Source: Eledone cirrhosa (taxonomy: Eukaryota). From it: a DNA stretch of 64,000 bases. The notes below the pieces were generated by a model, which worked only from the letters and a program-made list of their open reading frames with translations, was not told the origin of the DNA and did no database searches. The translations under genes and the position numbers were made by a program. Each line of letters begins with the position of its first letter. The stretch's first letter is position 1. Positions 14,175 to 28,492 of this stretch are shown here, one piece after another. Where the stretch lies: assembly GCA_964016885.1 (NCBI GenBank), contig OZ024742.1:171182001-171246000 (forward strand), in the 5' to 3' direction.

Positions 14175-14302
14175 TTTCCTGACAGCGCTGTTTCATAGAC
14201 CAAAGAACGAAGCAAAACAATCGATCTAAGTAGTTGATTACCGATTACCAACTTTCGATTTTAGTATGGCACCGAAAGACACGGTGTATTCATCAGTAAA
14301 AA
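14175..14302 (-). ncRNA. Type I HHR with long stem II insert, GUC triplet (stem I weak)
   Basis: Minus: TTTTTA-CTGATGA-ATACACC...GGTCTAT-GAAA-CAGCGCTG-TC-AGGAAA. Confidence 0.6.
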
Positions 14303-14517
14303 TGTCTTAATATATATCTCACTGTACCAAATACCATTATAACTATCGAGGGCAGAGTATTTGTTGAAAACCTCCGCCCCACATGGTGTCGAAATGTTCA
14401 ACGGCGAGTGTAGATATAAACAGGACTGAACGTTGTAGAGGCTAGAAAGAGCTCCCCCAAAACCAGTCCTAGTTCAACTCAACAAATTAGTAAATTTTGA
14501 ATAGTCATATACTACGT

Positions 14518-15228
<711 letters not shown>

Positions 15229-15260
15229 ATATGTATAAATAGTAATATATATAAATATAA

Positions 15261-15341
15261 GAGTATTCTGAGGATTTGATCAGAGGTAAAGAGTGTATTT
15301 AAGGTCGAGTGACCTGATCAATGAAACAATTGTTAATACTT
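15261..15341 (+). ncRNA. Type I HHR, GUU triplet
   Basis: GAGTATT-CTGAGGA-T TTGATCAG...CTGATCAA T-GAAA-CAATTG-TT-AATACTT. Confidence 0.8.
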
Positions 15342-15396
15342 GAAATAAAGACCCCTGTTGTACAGCCGACCATGTTATTCTTCATTAACAATTATT

Positions 15397-15504
<108 letters not shown>

Positions 15505-15518
15505 TATATGTGTGTGTA

Positions 15519-15572
<54 letters not shown>

Positions 15573-15575
<3 letters not shown>

Positions 15576-15933
15576 AAGGCGGGTAAAATTCCCGAGATCC
15601 ATGGACGACTTCTCTCCAGCGGTCTCTGTCCCTCATTATCGCTGCCATATCCTGCATCTCCAACAGACCAGTGTCTGTCCTTAGGGCATCAACATATGTT
15701 AACCTTGGTCTTCCTCTTCTAATGTGTCCATGTAGGGGCTCCCAAAGGAGCACTGAGTGCAATGTCAACTCTGGATGTCGGTGAGCATGTCCAGCCAATC
15801 TCAGTCTCCTCTGTGTCACTTTTGAGCTGACATTTGGGATGCTCCCATACAGCTCTGAGTTTTTCATCCTCAGTGTATACTGATTAATGTTCAGAGCCAT
15901 CCTCAGCATTCTCGTGTAGCACCCATCCACCAT
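15573..15933 (-). mobile_element. RTE LINE 3' fragment
   Basis: [39 protein letters not shown]. Confidence 0.9.
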
Positions 15934-16554
15934 ATATATATATTTAATATGTATGATGATCATGCTTGTCAATTAAAAGGTCAATTATTTAAATTTAAAA
16001 GATATATGTAGAGAGAAAGAGGCATATATAGTTTGAAAAACACAGAATGTTGTACACACATAATATGCATATATGCTACTATCTCTCTACATATAAAGTT
16101 TAAACAATCGATGCTCTGAACTAAGGCCCATTGAGCTTCTATATTGAGAAACGTGGTCATCATATATATTAAATATGTATTGATAACTTAACATAGTGTA
16201 TATATATTTAGATATATATATATACATTAAGGTCGAGTCAGGATCCTATTAATCTGAAGTTTCATCGCTGCCTTTACAGGATTCTTTATGACTGTCACAT
16301 GACCCTGTAAACACTCTGATCAAACACCAGATTAATGGAACACTGACGTGACCTTAATACAATTATTAATCTGCATTGTAGTGTTGAGTACTCACTCTCG
16401 CAACTATCAACACTATATATGTATACATCACGGCATAGCCACACATCTCTCTATCTTACATAACATTTGAAAATCACAAAACTGTACAACTGGTAAAGTT
16501 ATTGTAAATAATCTTCTTAAGAAACCCCAACTGCGTTTTCAACTTTCATTTTCT

Positions 16555-16873
<319 letters not shown>

Positions 16874-17488
16874 ATATATATATATGTATATCTTTTTCTT
16901 CTTCGCCTACTTATTCCTGCGAGGGTCATGGGGGCAGGGTACCACGAAGTATTTAAAAGTATCTAAATATTATTCTTACGATATATATATATATTGTACA
17001 TATATTAATGTCTAACAATCCTTATATGATATGTCTATACATAGAAAACAGTATTGTATTATATGAAATATGTTTGTCCATGGAAACCTATATAGGAAAT
17101 GAGAAGGATAGTAAGAAAAGCATAGTAACAGTTGTTACATGTATGTAAGAGACGGTCATTTATAGCAAGGAAAGAAACAACAAACAGCATATGATAAGGA
17201 GCATACAAACTACAATAATGGAACAGATTATAGTATACATCGATGCACACATACATCTCTATATATATATATATATAGTAATAATAATAAGATCCCGTTA
17301 AGGGTGAAAGCAGCGATTCTTTGCTTAAACTTTAATCTGTTATTTTAATAAATAGACTTTTATTCTGAATTACACTGTATTAGTGCTGGAGCTAATAATT
17401 GTTTCTACTTTTGGCACTAGTAATAATAACAACAACAACAACAACAACAACAATAACCATAATAGAATACACACACAAACACACACAC

Positions 17489-17547
<59 letters not shown>

Positions 17548-17733
17548 AACACATAAGAATGGTTAAAGAAATGATTGAAAGCTAAAAATCTAAGCAAATT
17601 GAACAAAAATACCAGCGGGGAATGAATAAACAGGAAAAAAAATGTTTCTAGAATTCTCTGCTAATTGTACAAAAATCTGTTTTTGATTATGGAGACAGAG
17701 AAATCGAGAGAGAAAGAGAGAGAGAGAGAGGGG

Positions 17734-17794
<61 letters not shown>

Positions 17795-18517
17795 CGTGAT
17801 GTAAATATTTTATGTGCGATATACAATGGAAATATTTCATATAGCTAAATAATGATCCACATGACTATTTTCTATACGACTTTTCTATGAATATAGACAC
17901 TAACATTATACATATCTATGTCTAACTTTGAACTGTGCGGATTTGTGGAAAGGAGGTTCGTCTCATGATCTTATTTTATGTTTGAGCCACGATGATGCGT
18001 TGTGCCCTTGCGCAAGATAATTTATTTCACTTTGCTAAAAACCAATAAAATTGTCAAAAATGAGTTGCAACTGTGTTTTTAAAGCCTATGCTATCAAACT
18101 GAGCGCGTTTCTATGAAATGCTCAACTACAAGCACGTTAACTGCATTAGCATGCAGTTCCATTATTCAAAAACCTGGAACACTCGTCACTAGAACACATG
18201 GTGTTCCAACACATATCTATTTGTCAATATAAATACGATTATGCGGCAAATTGGCAGTGTTGTTTGAGTATCCGATTAAATATCTCGCTTCTTATTATGT
18301 CTATCTGCGCTTGGTGTTCAAGTCATACCAAGACCAACTTTGCTTTACTCATATGTATGCATTCATACATACATACTTGTAGACATAGGGAGAAAGCTTT
18401 CACAGTTGTGTAATACAACATATAGAATTCCTTTACATTCCCTATTGGTGTAATGAATTTTTGACATACTCTGATGACATCAACTACTCCTGGCCAAGGC
18501 TATATACATATACACAC

Positions 18518-18593
<76 letters not shown>

Positions 18594-18690
18594 GGGCACA
18601 CGCATATATATATATATATGCAAACATATATGGGCATATGTATATATATATACACAAACATATATGGGCACAGACACTCACACACGCACG

Positions 18691-18720
<30 letters not shown>

Positions 18721-18729
<9 letters not shown>

Positions 18730-18851
18730 GTGAATATAGACATAGAATATTCGAAAATATTCTGTATGTTTATAATAAACATTTTGAAGACCTAATCGCT
18801 ATAGAATAGAATACGTCACGTATTACAATTAGATTCTCGATAAAAGCAAGG
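18721..18851 (-). repeat. Inverted partial unit at the 5' end of the 310-bp array
   Basis: Reverse complement of the unit segment CCTTGCTTTT...CACATATATA. Confidence 0.9.
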
Positions 18852-19041
18852 TAGCGATTAGGTCTTCAAAATGTTTATTATAAACATACAGAATATTTTC
18901 GAATATTCTATGTCTATATTCACATATATATCGCTATTTCAGAGCATTTATTCCAATTTCTAATTTCTGCCGGACCGGCAACCGCTCTTTCAAACCAGTT
19001 CCTGTACACAGCTAAGTATTCTATAAGTCTCTAGCTGTGTC

Positions 19042-19130
19042 ATTCTCGATAAAAGCACTGGATATGTAGTCCTGATGATTTCTAACGAGAATGAAACGCG
19101 TAGATTACTTCCCTTGCTTTTATCGAGAAT
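19042..19130 (+). ncRNA. Type I HHR copy 1 with extended stem I; predicted cleavage after 19102 (GUA)
   Basis: ATTCTCGATAAAAGCA..GTAGTC-CTGATGA-T TTCT AACG AGAA T-GAAA-CGCG-TA-GATTAC..TGCTTTTATCGAGAAT. Confidence 0.85.
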
Positions 19131-19351
19131 CTAATTGTAATACGTGACGTATTCTATTCTATAGCGATTAGGTCTTCAAAATGTTTATTATAAACATACA
19201 GAATATTTTCGAATATTCTATGTCTATATTCACATATATATCGCTATTTCAGAGCATTTATTCCAATTTCTAATTTCTGCCGGACCGGCAACCGCTCTTT
19301 CAAACCAGTTCCTGTACACAGCTAAGTATTCTATAAGTCTCTAGCTGTGTC

Positions 19352-19440
19352 ATTCTCGATAAAAGCACTGGATATGTAGTCCTGATGATTTCTAACGAGA
19401 ATGAAACGCGTAGATTACTTCCCTTGCTTTTATCGAGAAT
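19352..19440 (+). ncRNA. Type I HHR copy 2
   Basis: Identical to copy 1 (+310). Confidence 0.85.
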
Positions 19441-19661
19441 CTAATTGTAATACGTGACGTATTCTATTCTATAGCGATTAGGTCTTCAAAATGTTTATTA
19501 TAAACATACAGAATATTTTCGAATATTCTATGTCTATATTCACATATATATCGCTATTTCAGAGCATTTATTCCAATTTCTAATTTCTGCCGGACCGGCA
19601 ACCGCTCTTTCAAACCAGTTCCTGTACACAGCTAAGTATTCTATAAGTCTCTAGCTGTGTC

Positions 19662-19750
19662 ATTCTCGATAAAAGCACTGGATATGTAGTCCTGATGATT
19701 TCTAACGAGAATGAAACGCGTAGATTACTTCCCTTGCTTTTATCGAGAAT
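19662..19750 (+). ncRNA. Type I HHR copy 3
   Basis: Identical to copy 1 (+620). Confidence 0.85.
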
Positions 19751-19971
19751 CTAATTGTAATACGTGACGTATTCTATTCTATAGCGATTAGGTCTTCAAA
19801 ATGTTTATTATAAACATACAGAATATTTTCGAATATTCTATGTCTATATTCACATATATATCGCTATTTCAGAGCATTTATTCCAATTTCTAATTTCTGC
19901 CGGACCGGCAACCGCTCTTTCAAACCAGTTCCTGTACACAGCTAAGTATTCTATAAGTCTCTAGCTGTGTC

Positions 19972-20060
19972 ATTCTCGATAAAAGCACTGGATATGTAGT
20001 CCTGATGATTTCTAACGAGAATGAAACGCGTAGATTACTTCCCTTGCTTTTATCGAGAAT
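19972..20060 (+). ncRNA. Type I HHR copy 4
   Basis: Identical to copy 1 (+930). Confidence 0.85.
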
Positions 20061-20191
20061 CTAATTGTAATACGTGACGTATTCTATTCTATAGCGATTA
20101 GGTCTTCAAAATGTTTATTATAAACATACAGAATATTTTCGAATATTCTATGTCTATATTCACATATATATCGCTATTTCAGAGCATTTAT

Positions 20192-20249
<58 letters not shown>

Positions 20250-20467
20250 ACACACACATAAATAATTTATTTCAGATGGGAATGACTTCTATATGACTAG
20301 AACTGTTTCTTTCTTTTGAAATCATCATCAAGAGAATTAAACTGTTCTAGGTCCGTAGACGTAGTTTTTCGGCTGAAATGTATTCTCTACTTACTAGACA
20401 GCCTCCAAAAGTAATGGTTGTATTTTAAAGGGTACGTCAAACCTATTTGTAAAACTGTTATATATTG

Positions 20468-20532
20468 TATTTTGTCTGATGAAGGCATACCATAATTTAA
20501 TGTGGTATCCCTGAAATATGTATAATGAAATA
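20468..20532 (+). ncRNA. Type I HHR, family A
   Basis: TATTTTGT-CTGATGA-A GGCATACCA..TGGTATCC CT-GAAA-TATGTA-TA-ATGAAATA. Confidence 0.7.
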
Positions 20533-20571
20533 AATATGGTTTTATAAATATAGTTTCCATTTATTAATATC

Positions 20572-20624
<53 letters not shown>

Positions 20625-21749
20625 TATTTATATATATAATGGTATATCTCGAATTTAATAAAATTGCAACCATCTGACCCCCCCTCCCCTCTAACACATG
20701 GGTGGCAGGAATATAACTCATTAGCCCTGACAAGGACTTACATTCCATAAGCTGCAGTGATGAACAATACTTCCAATTTGATTCCTTGTATTGTTTTGGT
20801 GATCTTTCAAAGGCCGTTGGAATCCGCCGGTCGTGGCACATAGCTTTCCACACTTCCGCCAGGAAGAAATGCAGAAGCGACCAAACTCGGCAGCATTTTG
20901 TACATGCCTCCTGTGATGACTTCTAATATTATATATCCACGTAACAATAATTCCCAAAACTTACATTTGAACATGAAGAAATCTACAGCAATCCAATGCT
21001 ATCCAAGAACACAAATAAATGTAATACCAGCACATCCCACAGGGTGACCTTTATATTAGAGGTCTGTGAACGAGAAACATAGCCCACATGTTACCAGGCT
21101 TTGAGATAATTATACGCAAAGAACACCGCCATTTACCTTAACGTCAGCGCGAATACATCGATATAAAAGCAATAGTATCCACGAACTCAAACAAACGCGA
21201 TCAATATATCTAATATTGACCCCACGCATTAGAAATCTATCGCACGAAGGAAAGTGAAGCTCATAAATGAGAGTTGAAAAATGTAGACCAACTTTCCCAG
21301 AAAAACAACAACCACCCTGCACAAATTATTGGTACGTCGGTAACGGTTGTCATCGCGCTGCAGCCGTCGTTTTACGTAGTTTCTATTATATAATAATCTT
21401 ATGAATTTCGTTATTGAAATATGTAATAATATAAAAGTCGCATGCTTTCATAATACATACAAACGTATATAAATCTACACACACTCACACAAACAGACAT
21501 ACTCACACATAAATGCGTAAACACATGTACATACATATATCCAAACATACGTAGGCTTCCACGTGTTTGTGTTTAGATATATACGGGCATATAAACTTTA
21601 GAAAATTTGCAGTTAACAAAGGGTAAGAACTTGCGAAAGAAATGAAGTCACATATAGGTATATATACACGTATATATGTAATATTTGAGTGTGTGTTTAT
21701 ATATAAATATATATATATATGATTGTGTGTGTGTGTATGTGTATATATA

Positions 21750-21846
21750 CAGGGTGTCACAGAAAAATGTATACACATTTTCATTACCCGTACAGGCAAT
21801 ATTTATTAGAATGCTGTCGAAGTGTGTATACTTTGTTTTGTGACAT

Positions 21847-21850
<4 letters not shown>
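21750..21850. mobile_element. Tc1/mariner-type MITE
   Basis: TIRs CAGGGTGTCACAGAAAAATGTATACAC / GTGTATACTTTGTTTTGTGACATCCTA; TA flanks. Confidence 0.75.
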
Positions 21851-21896
<46 letters not shown>

Positions 21897-21997
21897 CATA
21901 TATAAAATACACATAGATTTACAAACACACATATGTATACTTATTTATATAAGTATATATGTACATGCATATATATGTATATAGATAATGCCACATA

Positions 21998-22106
<109 letters not shown>

Positions 22107-22134
22107 GTATATGTGTGTGTGTGTGTATATATGC

Positions 22135-22200
<66 letters not shown>

Positions 22201-22213
22201 CGTGTGTATGTAT

Positions 22214-22260
<47 letters not shown>

Positions 22261-22326
22261 CATTTATATGTATGCATATATAAATATATATATATATGCA
22301 TACACATATACATGCACATATATATT

Positions 22327-22366
<40 letters not shown>

Positions 22367-22481
22367 TGCATACATATATACATATATATACATATATATA
22401 CATATATATACATGCACATATATATTTGTATATATATGCGTATATATATACTCATATGTGTATTAGCTATACATTTTCTAG

Positions 22482-22516
<35 letters not shown>

Positions 22517-22772
22517 AATCCAAACAAGAGAACGTGCCCAGCAATATTTAAGTGACACACCTTGTGTAGTTTTCTGTGCTGACAGCATTCATCCAGTGTG
22601 CAGTGGGTATGAAAAATAAAGCAATGAACACGTCAATTGATACATGAGTTACATAACAGAATATATAGAACGAATATTGGGAATATATATGTATATAAAC
22701 ACACGCACTAAACGTATACATACATCCACCCCCCCCCCAACACACACGCATGTATCTGTAATATATATAAAC

Positions 22773-22796
<24 letters not shown>

Positions 22797-22804
<8 letters not shown>

Positions 22805-22915
22805 AAAGGAATTGTGGTAAGGAACCAGATGGACCATAATGCACCAGAGTACTCAATACTTAGGGGAAATAGGAAAAAGTATGACCCCGATGGCAGAGCT
22901 CAAGCCGTTTCGACG
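22797..22915 (-). mobile_element. 3' terminal fragment of the Penelope family at 455-1875
   Basis: Matches 457-573. Confidence 0.8.
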
Positions 22916-22993
22916 TATATACTTTTTCCATGTATATACTTTTGCATGTATATACTTTTTCCTATATATATATATATATATATATATGTATGA

Positions 22994-23031
<38 letters not shown>

Positions 23032-23479
23032 TAATAAAAATAATGAATAAAAACAAAGAAACAGTTCCTTATATTAAAAAATTCATAAGTTTACGATCGT
23101 TTCTAGGATATATATGTTTGTGTTGGTATGTATATCATATAAATCTATGTAACATTTTTACAAACTATCAGAGGGAATATACATACCTACACATATTTAT
23201 GCTGTAAATACACACATGGACTATCCATTTTTTGTAAAATAAAAAAATCATAATAACCCTGATGTTATTTATCGTATGGGCCTTAGGACACAAATATGTA
23301 ATGTAGAGGAGACGTATTTTTCCTTGATTTGATACCTATAAATATAACTGGTACTTGTTTTACTCCCGGGCATTAATAGAAGTTATAGTTGTCCGGTCTA
23401 TATTTGAATCTTTGACGTGGATGTTCAAATTTAATTGATAATCCGGCTACTCTTTGAAACCCCTGTATTTTTATACTAG

Positions 23480-24067
23480 TGTTTATAATAAAGACTATTA
23501 TGCTAAATATGACCATGGTGATGATGTTGGTGATGATGTTGACTACAATAGTTGTGGTAGTGATGTTGATGGTGATTATGATGATGATAATGGCGTCCGT
23601 GTTGACAACGATGGTGATAAAAATGCTTATGAGGTTTGCAGTGATGATAATGGTGATGATGATAAGGATTATGATGGTGTCCCTCCTGGTGATAATGGCG
23701 ATGCTGTAGTTGATGATAGCCATGATGTTGGTGGTGGTGGTGATGCTTCTAATGATGGTAATGCTGGTGGTGTTGGTGATGATGATGATGGTGAAGAAGA
23801 TGATGATGACGACGATGATGTTGAGTTTTGTCTTGTTGATGATGATGACGACGACGATTATAATGGTGAAGGTAGTGCTGATGTTGGTCATAGTAATTGT
23901 GAGGATGTCGGCACTGATTATGATGGCGGTGGTGATTGTCCTGATGCTGGTGATGGTGGTGCTTATGGTGCTACTGGTGATGGCGGTACAGGCGTTGAAT
24001 TGTGCTGCTGCTGCTGCCGATAATAATGATAATACTTGTGTTGGTGGTTCTACTGATGCGGTTGTGG

Positions 24068-24130
<63 letters not shown>

Positions 24131-24135
24131 CAGTG
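23480..24135. repeat. Degenerate (GAT/GGT)n low-complexity tract
   Basis: Trinucleotide periodicity. Confidence 0.85.
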
Positions 24136-25025
24136 ACAAATATCTGCTGTATTTGTTACAAGGGCAGAAAATATTTCAATAACCAAGAACAAGATGACAG
24201 CACGTACATCAAACGGATAGAAAGAACAATAAAATCACTGATAAGACGAATTTAAATATAAAAAAAATATATAAAAGAAGTAAATGAAATCAATAACAGC
24301 TTGATAAATCAGGTATAGATTGATAGAAATAGGAATATATTAACATAACTAGAATCTGAATATATCAATATAACATTAATATTATGGAAAATGGGCTGTT
24401 ATAAAATGTGATGGAAGAAATCGATGTAGCTCCATTCGTTTCGACGATGAGTGTTCAATGTTTTCATGTTTTTTAATATCATCCTTTCACTTCCTAATTC
24501 TTCTTTAATGTCACCCTTTAACACCCACCTTTCATTAACGTCACTCGTTACAGTTTTTCCTTTCTCCTTACGTCCCCCATTAATGCCATTTCCTTCCATT
24601 TAACGTTACCTTCCCTTAACGCCACATTTAAGAGTCTGCCTCTTCCTTTAACAGAAACCAGCTATGTCTTCGTCTTTCCTTAACATCACTATATTTCACC
24701 AACGTCCTTCTTTATAAGGCTTTAGTATATTGTCAAAAAGAGGCTCTTTCAATCTAAGCTAACATACAGCAACCTTCACGAGTGTCGCACAAAACAAAAT
24801 AGTTAAATTTACCACATAGCAAGGCAGAACGTTGTTGACGATATTGTGCATAACTATATCATTTCTAGATATTTTAGTTGATGTCTTGCATAAACCCATT
24901 ATCGCCTCGAGGTTAAGGGAACACAAAATGAGTTTATTGAAGCCAGGTTTCTTTCACTGAGTTATGCACCACCTCGACGCTTGTCTAGGCGGTACAGGAG
25001 TCATGAGCAAATGTTTACTGTCGGT

Positions 25026-25206
25026 TGGATTGGCAGTATCGGTAGAGGGTCGGACGCCATGCTTTCAAGCATAGTTACGTCCCTTTACGATCTGAGTTCA
25101 AATCCCGCCGAGGTTGACTTTGCCTTTCATCCTTACGGGGTCGATAAAATAAAGTACCAGTAATGCACTGGGTAATTGCTGGCCTTGTGCCTAAAGTAGA
25201 AACAAG
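25026..25206 (+). mobile_element. SINE family 1
   Basis: Near-identical to other copies. Confidence 0.85.
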
Positions 25207-25688
25207 TATTTAATAACTGTTTATGAACTCAGATTTGAAATTCTGGCAAAATTACTTTTTATGCGTCGTGAAAGTAAAACAAGACATTAGGCAAATTCCG
25301 TATATAACCTTACCTCCCCCCCCCCCCCCACAGTTAATCATCAACGAACCGCGGCTAAATTTATTTGTAAATTGCTTATGTATAGAAGAAATAACTGAGC
25401 ATGTGAAACAACTACCGTGCTCGCGCATGCGTGTGTGGGATGAGGAATTGGGAGATAGAGAGTGAGTGAGAGAAATAGAGTGGGACAGAGTGAGTGCGTG
25501 AGAGAGGGGCGGATATTGAGTGAAAGAGAGAACAAGTGAATAATTGAGAGAGAGAGTGGGTGACGCAGAGTGAGAGAGAGAGTGGGACATAGTGAGATAG
25601 AAAGAATGGTACATAGTGAGAGGGAGAGAGGTCGCACAGAACATAATCAACAGTGATGAAATGACAAGGTGATATTATATAACGAAGA

Positions 25689-25876
25689 TGGCAGTGGATT
25701 GGCAGTATCGGTAGAGGGTCGGACGCCATGCTTTCCAGCATAGTTACGTCCCTTTACGATCTGAGTTCAAATCCCGCCGAGGTTGACTTTGCCTTTCATC
25801 CTTACGGGGTCGATACAATAAAGTACCAGTAATGCACTGGGTAATTGCTGGCCTTGTGCCTAAAGTAGAAACAATT
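25689..25876 (+). mobile_element. SINE family 1 with 15-bp TSD
   Basis: ATTATATAACGAAGA at 25674 and 25874. Confidence 0.9.
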
Positions 25877-26979
25877 ATATAACGAAGAACATTCAATTTA
25901 TTCTTGTATTTCTTGCATCTTTGAGAATTCATTCACAAATCCTCAGCGTGCAATAATCATCACTAGAGTGATCTGAAGCACTAGACATGTTGTATTACCG
26001 ATTGTTACCACTTGTATTTCCTTCAACTATGCTAATACTTAAAACGGAAGATAATCGAAATTTCCCCTCTCTCCAGAAAGCTCTCTCTAGCAGATTTTTG
26101 ACAATACTTGTCGTTTATATGATAAATATGGACGTGGCATGGTTGAAGGGTTAAGGAAATGACTTTGCAATCATTAAGTTCCGTGTCACACTTACCACAA
26201 ACTCGGGTTGGCTCATGCTTTGTGAATAAAATGGGGTGGATATCAACTGTTGTAAATCAAAATGTCAGCCTTCTCATGTTGAATCTCCCCGAGAATTATG
26301 TGAAAGGCATACATACATCTGAAATGCTCAGTTATATGTATGTTAATTTAATGAACAGGCTGTTCCGTTGATCTAACATTTGGAGCACTCATTGAAGAAA
26401 TCGATGGAGGTCCATTCTATTCTATACGATACAGGGAGGTGTAAAAGCCACGACAGAAGAAATGAACATTTGATGAACAGTAAGAAATGTGATTGAACTA
26501 TGATAGATGGTGGTGGTGGTGGTGGTGGTGGTGGGAAATCGATTGGCCTCCACCGGTTTCGACGATGGATATTCCAGCGGTTCGATCAACAGAACAACCT
26601 ATTCATGAAATTAAAGTGTAAGAGACAGAATGTTTTATAGAAACGTCTACCCTTAACGGATTTTCAGTAAGATTCAGCAGGACACAGGTTCGCGTTTTGG
26701 ATTACAGAAACAGTTTATCAATTTCCGTCTACACTATTTCAGTTAATCAATTTCCGTCTACACTATTTCTTTCACGAGTCATGAATCGAACCACAAATGA
26801 CATAAATGATACTTTCACATGATTCCATGTCGTGAGATTGAATCCAGGATCTAATTGTTGCAAATAAACCTTTTAACGATTAGACTACGCTGCGTCTACG
26901 TGTGAAACTATGAAAAAAAAAACAAAAAAACTGTTATAGTAATTTATAAATTGTGAGAGAATTTCTTGTTAAACTACAT

Positions 26980-27147
26980 TGGATTGGCAGTATCGGTTGA
27001 AGCAAAGAGTTATGGCCCTTTATGGTCTGAGTTCAAATCCTTCCGAGGTTAACTTTGCCTTTCATCCTTACTGGGCCGATAAAATAAAGTACCAGTAATA
27101 AACTGGGATAATTGGTGACCTTGTGCCAAAGGTAGAAACAATTATTA
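26980..27147 (+). mobile_element. SINE family 1 (internal deletion)
   Basis: Sequence match to family 1. Confidence 0.8.
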
Positions 27148-27344
27148 GTATATATAATTTCTCTCGTTGGAAAAGTTTGCAAAAAACTTCAATTCAGCTC
27201 TGAGCCATTAAAACATTGAGCACTCGTCAATTTTATATGTTCCTCTCTCTTTACATACAATGGTTAGTTGCATTGTCTCATATTTCTTTGCTCGCTACAT
27301 ATTCTTTTCAGTCATGCTTTCTTTCTAATATTCGCCTTTCTTGT

Positions 27345-27388
<44 letters not shown>

Positions 27389-27604
27389 TCGTCCTCCTCT
27401 CTTTCTTGGTTTCAGTTCTTTCTCTTTGTTTTCTTCTCCCTTCATTCACACTAATCATTTTCATCCTTTTTCCCTCTCTGTCTTCTTTCATTTCTTCCTT
27501 TCGTTTTTCCTCCCATTTTCTTACTTTCTTTCATTATCTAAACACCCTATTTTCCTCAGTTCATCATTTCTGTCTATCATTTCTGTCTATCATTTCTGTC
27601 TATC

Positions 27605-27728
<124 letters not shown>

Positions 27729-27999
27729 CTTTTTCCCTGCCAGCCATTTCATTCATTTTTTTTCTTTATATATTTTAATTCATATTTTATATTTTCTAAG
27801 GGATCTTAAATTGAACCCGGGAGGAAATGACCTCAGAACAGCTGTTATGATGTGTTAAAATCATGGTGGCACTTCCGCTCCGACTTGACATCCGCCAGGA
27901 GAAATGGCAGATGTAAACAGATGCCATACAGCAGCTATCGAGGTCAACATGACCAGCACACACTAACTAATTTTCGTTTGTGTGAAAATATTGTCTTGG

Positions 28000-28311
28000 A
28001 CCTCCGTCGTTTCCAACGATGAGTGCTCCACTTGATTCAATCAATGGAACTACCTGTCTAAGAGATTAACGTGTAAGTGGTTGAGCCTTACATACACACA
28101 TGCACCCTTGAAGTCTTTCTCATGGAGGTCCATCGAGACCCATGTTGTGGCATGGCTGATCCCTTGAATCACACGCATAACGAAATATTGACAGCTGACT
28201 GAAGTGAAGCGTCATGCTGTAGGACATACCAAGCCACCCGGTCCGAGAATCGAACCTATGACCTCACGGTCGTTAACTGAATACCCTGACTACTAAGTCA
28301 CGCGCCTTCAC
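28000..28311 (-). mobile_element. SINE family 2
   Basis: Reverse complement of the GTGAAGGCGCGTG..GGTTCGATTC head. Confidence 0.7.
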
Positions 28312-28447
28312 TATAGCAGCAGCAATAGCAATAAGACCAATAACAACAAAACACTAGAAACATTAACAAAATAGACAAGTGCAGCAGCATCAGCAATAAC
28401 AACAATAGCAACATCAACAACACTAACAACAACAGAATTATCACAAA

Positions 28448-28492
<45 letters not shown>

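Larger units (their letters stand above)
18852..20197 (+). mobile_element. Tandem array of 4.3 x 310-bp units, one HHR per full unit (candidate non-LTR retrozyme)
   Basis: Unit starts at 18852, 19162, 19472, 19782 and 20092; copies appear identical; no ORF; (TA)n flanks. Confidence 0.9.

Noticed and set aside
14355-14410. TTGAAAA...GAAATGTTC hammerhead-like string
   Set aside because: Stems I and II are unconvincing.
18852-20197. CRISPR array or ordinary satellite
   Set aside because: There are no unique spacers and the context is eukaryotic. The HHR in each unit, the inverted 5' arm and the dispersed relative favour a retrozyme-like element.
20680-21060. Possible decayed Tc1/mariner transposase
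   Set aside because: Only vague resemblance; no intact motif or TIRs that I can support.
23373-24255. Asp/Gly-rich or poly-Met ORFs (also 56907-58034)
   Set aside because: Degenerate (GAT)n low complexity, open in several frames, with no splice or domain support.
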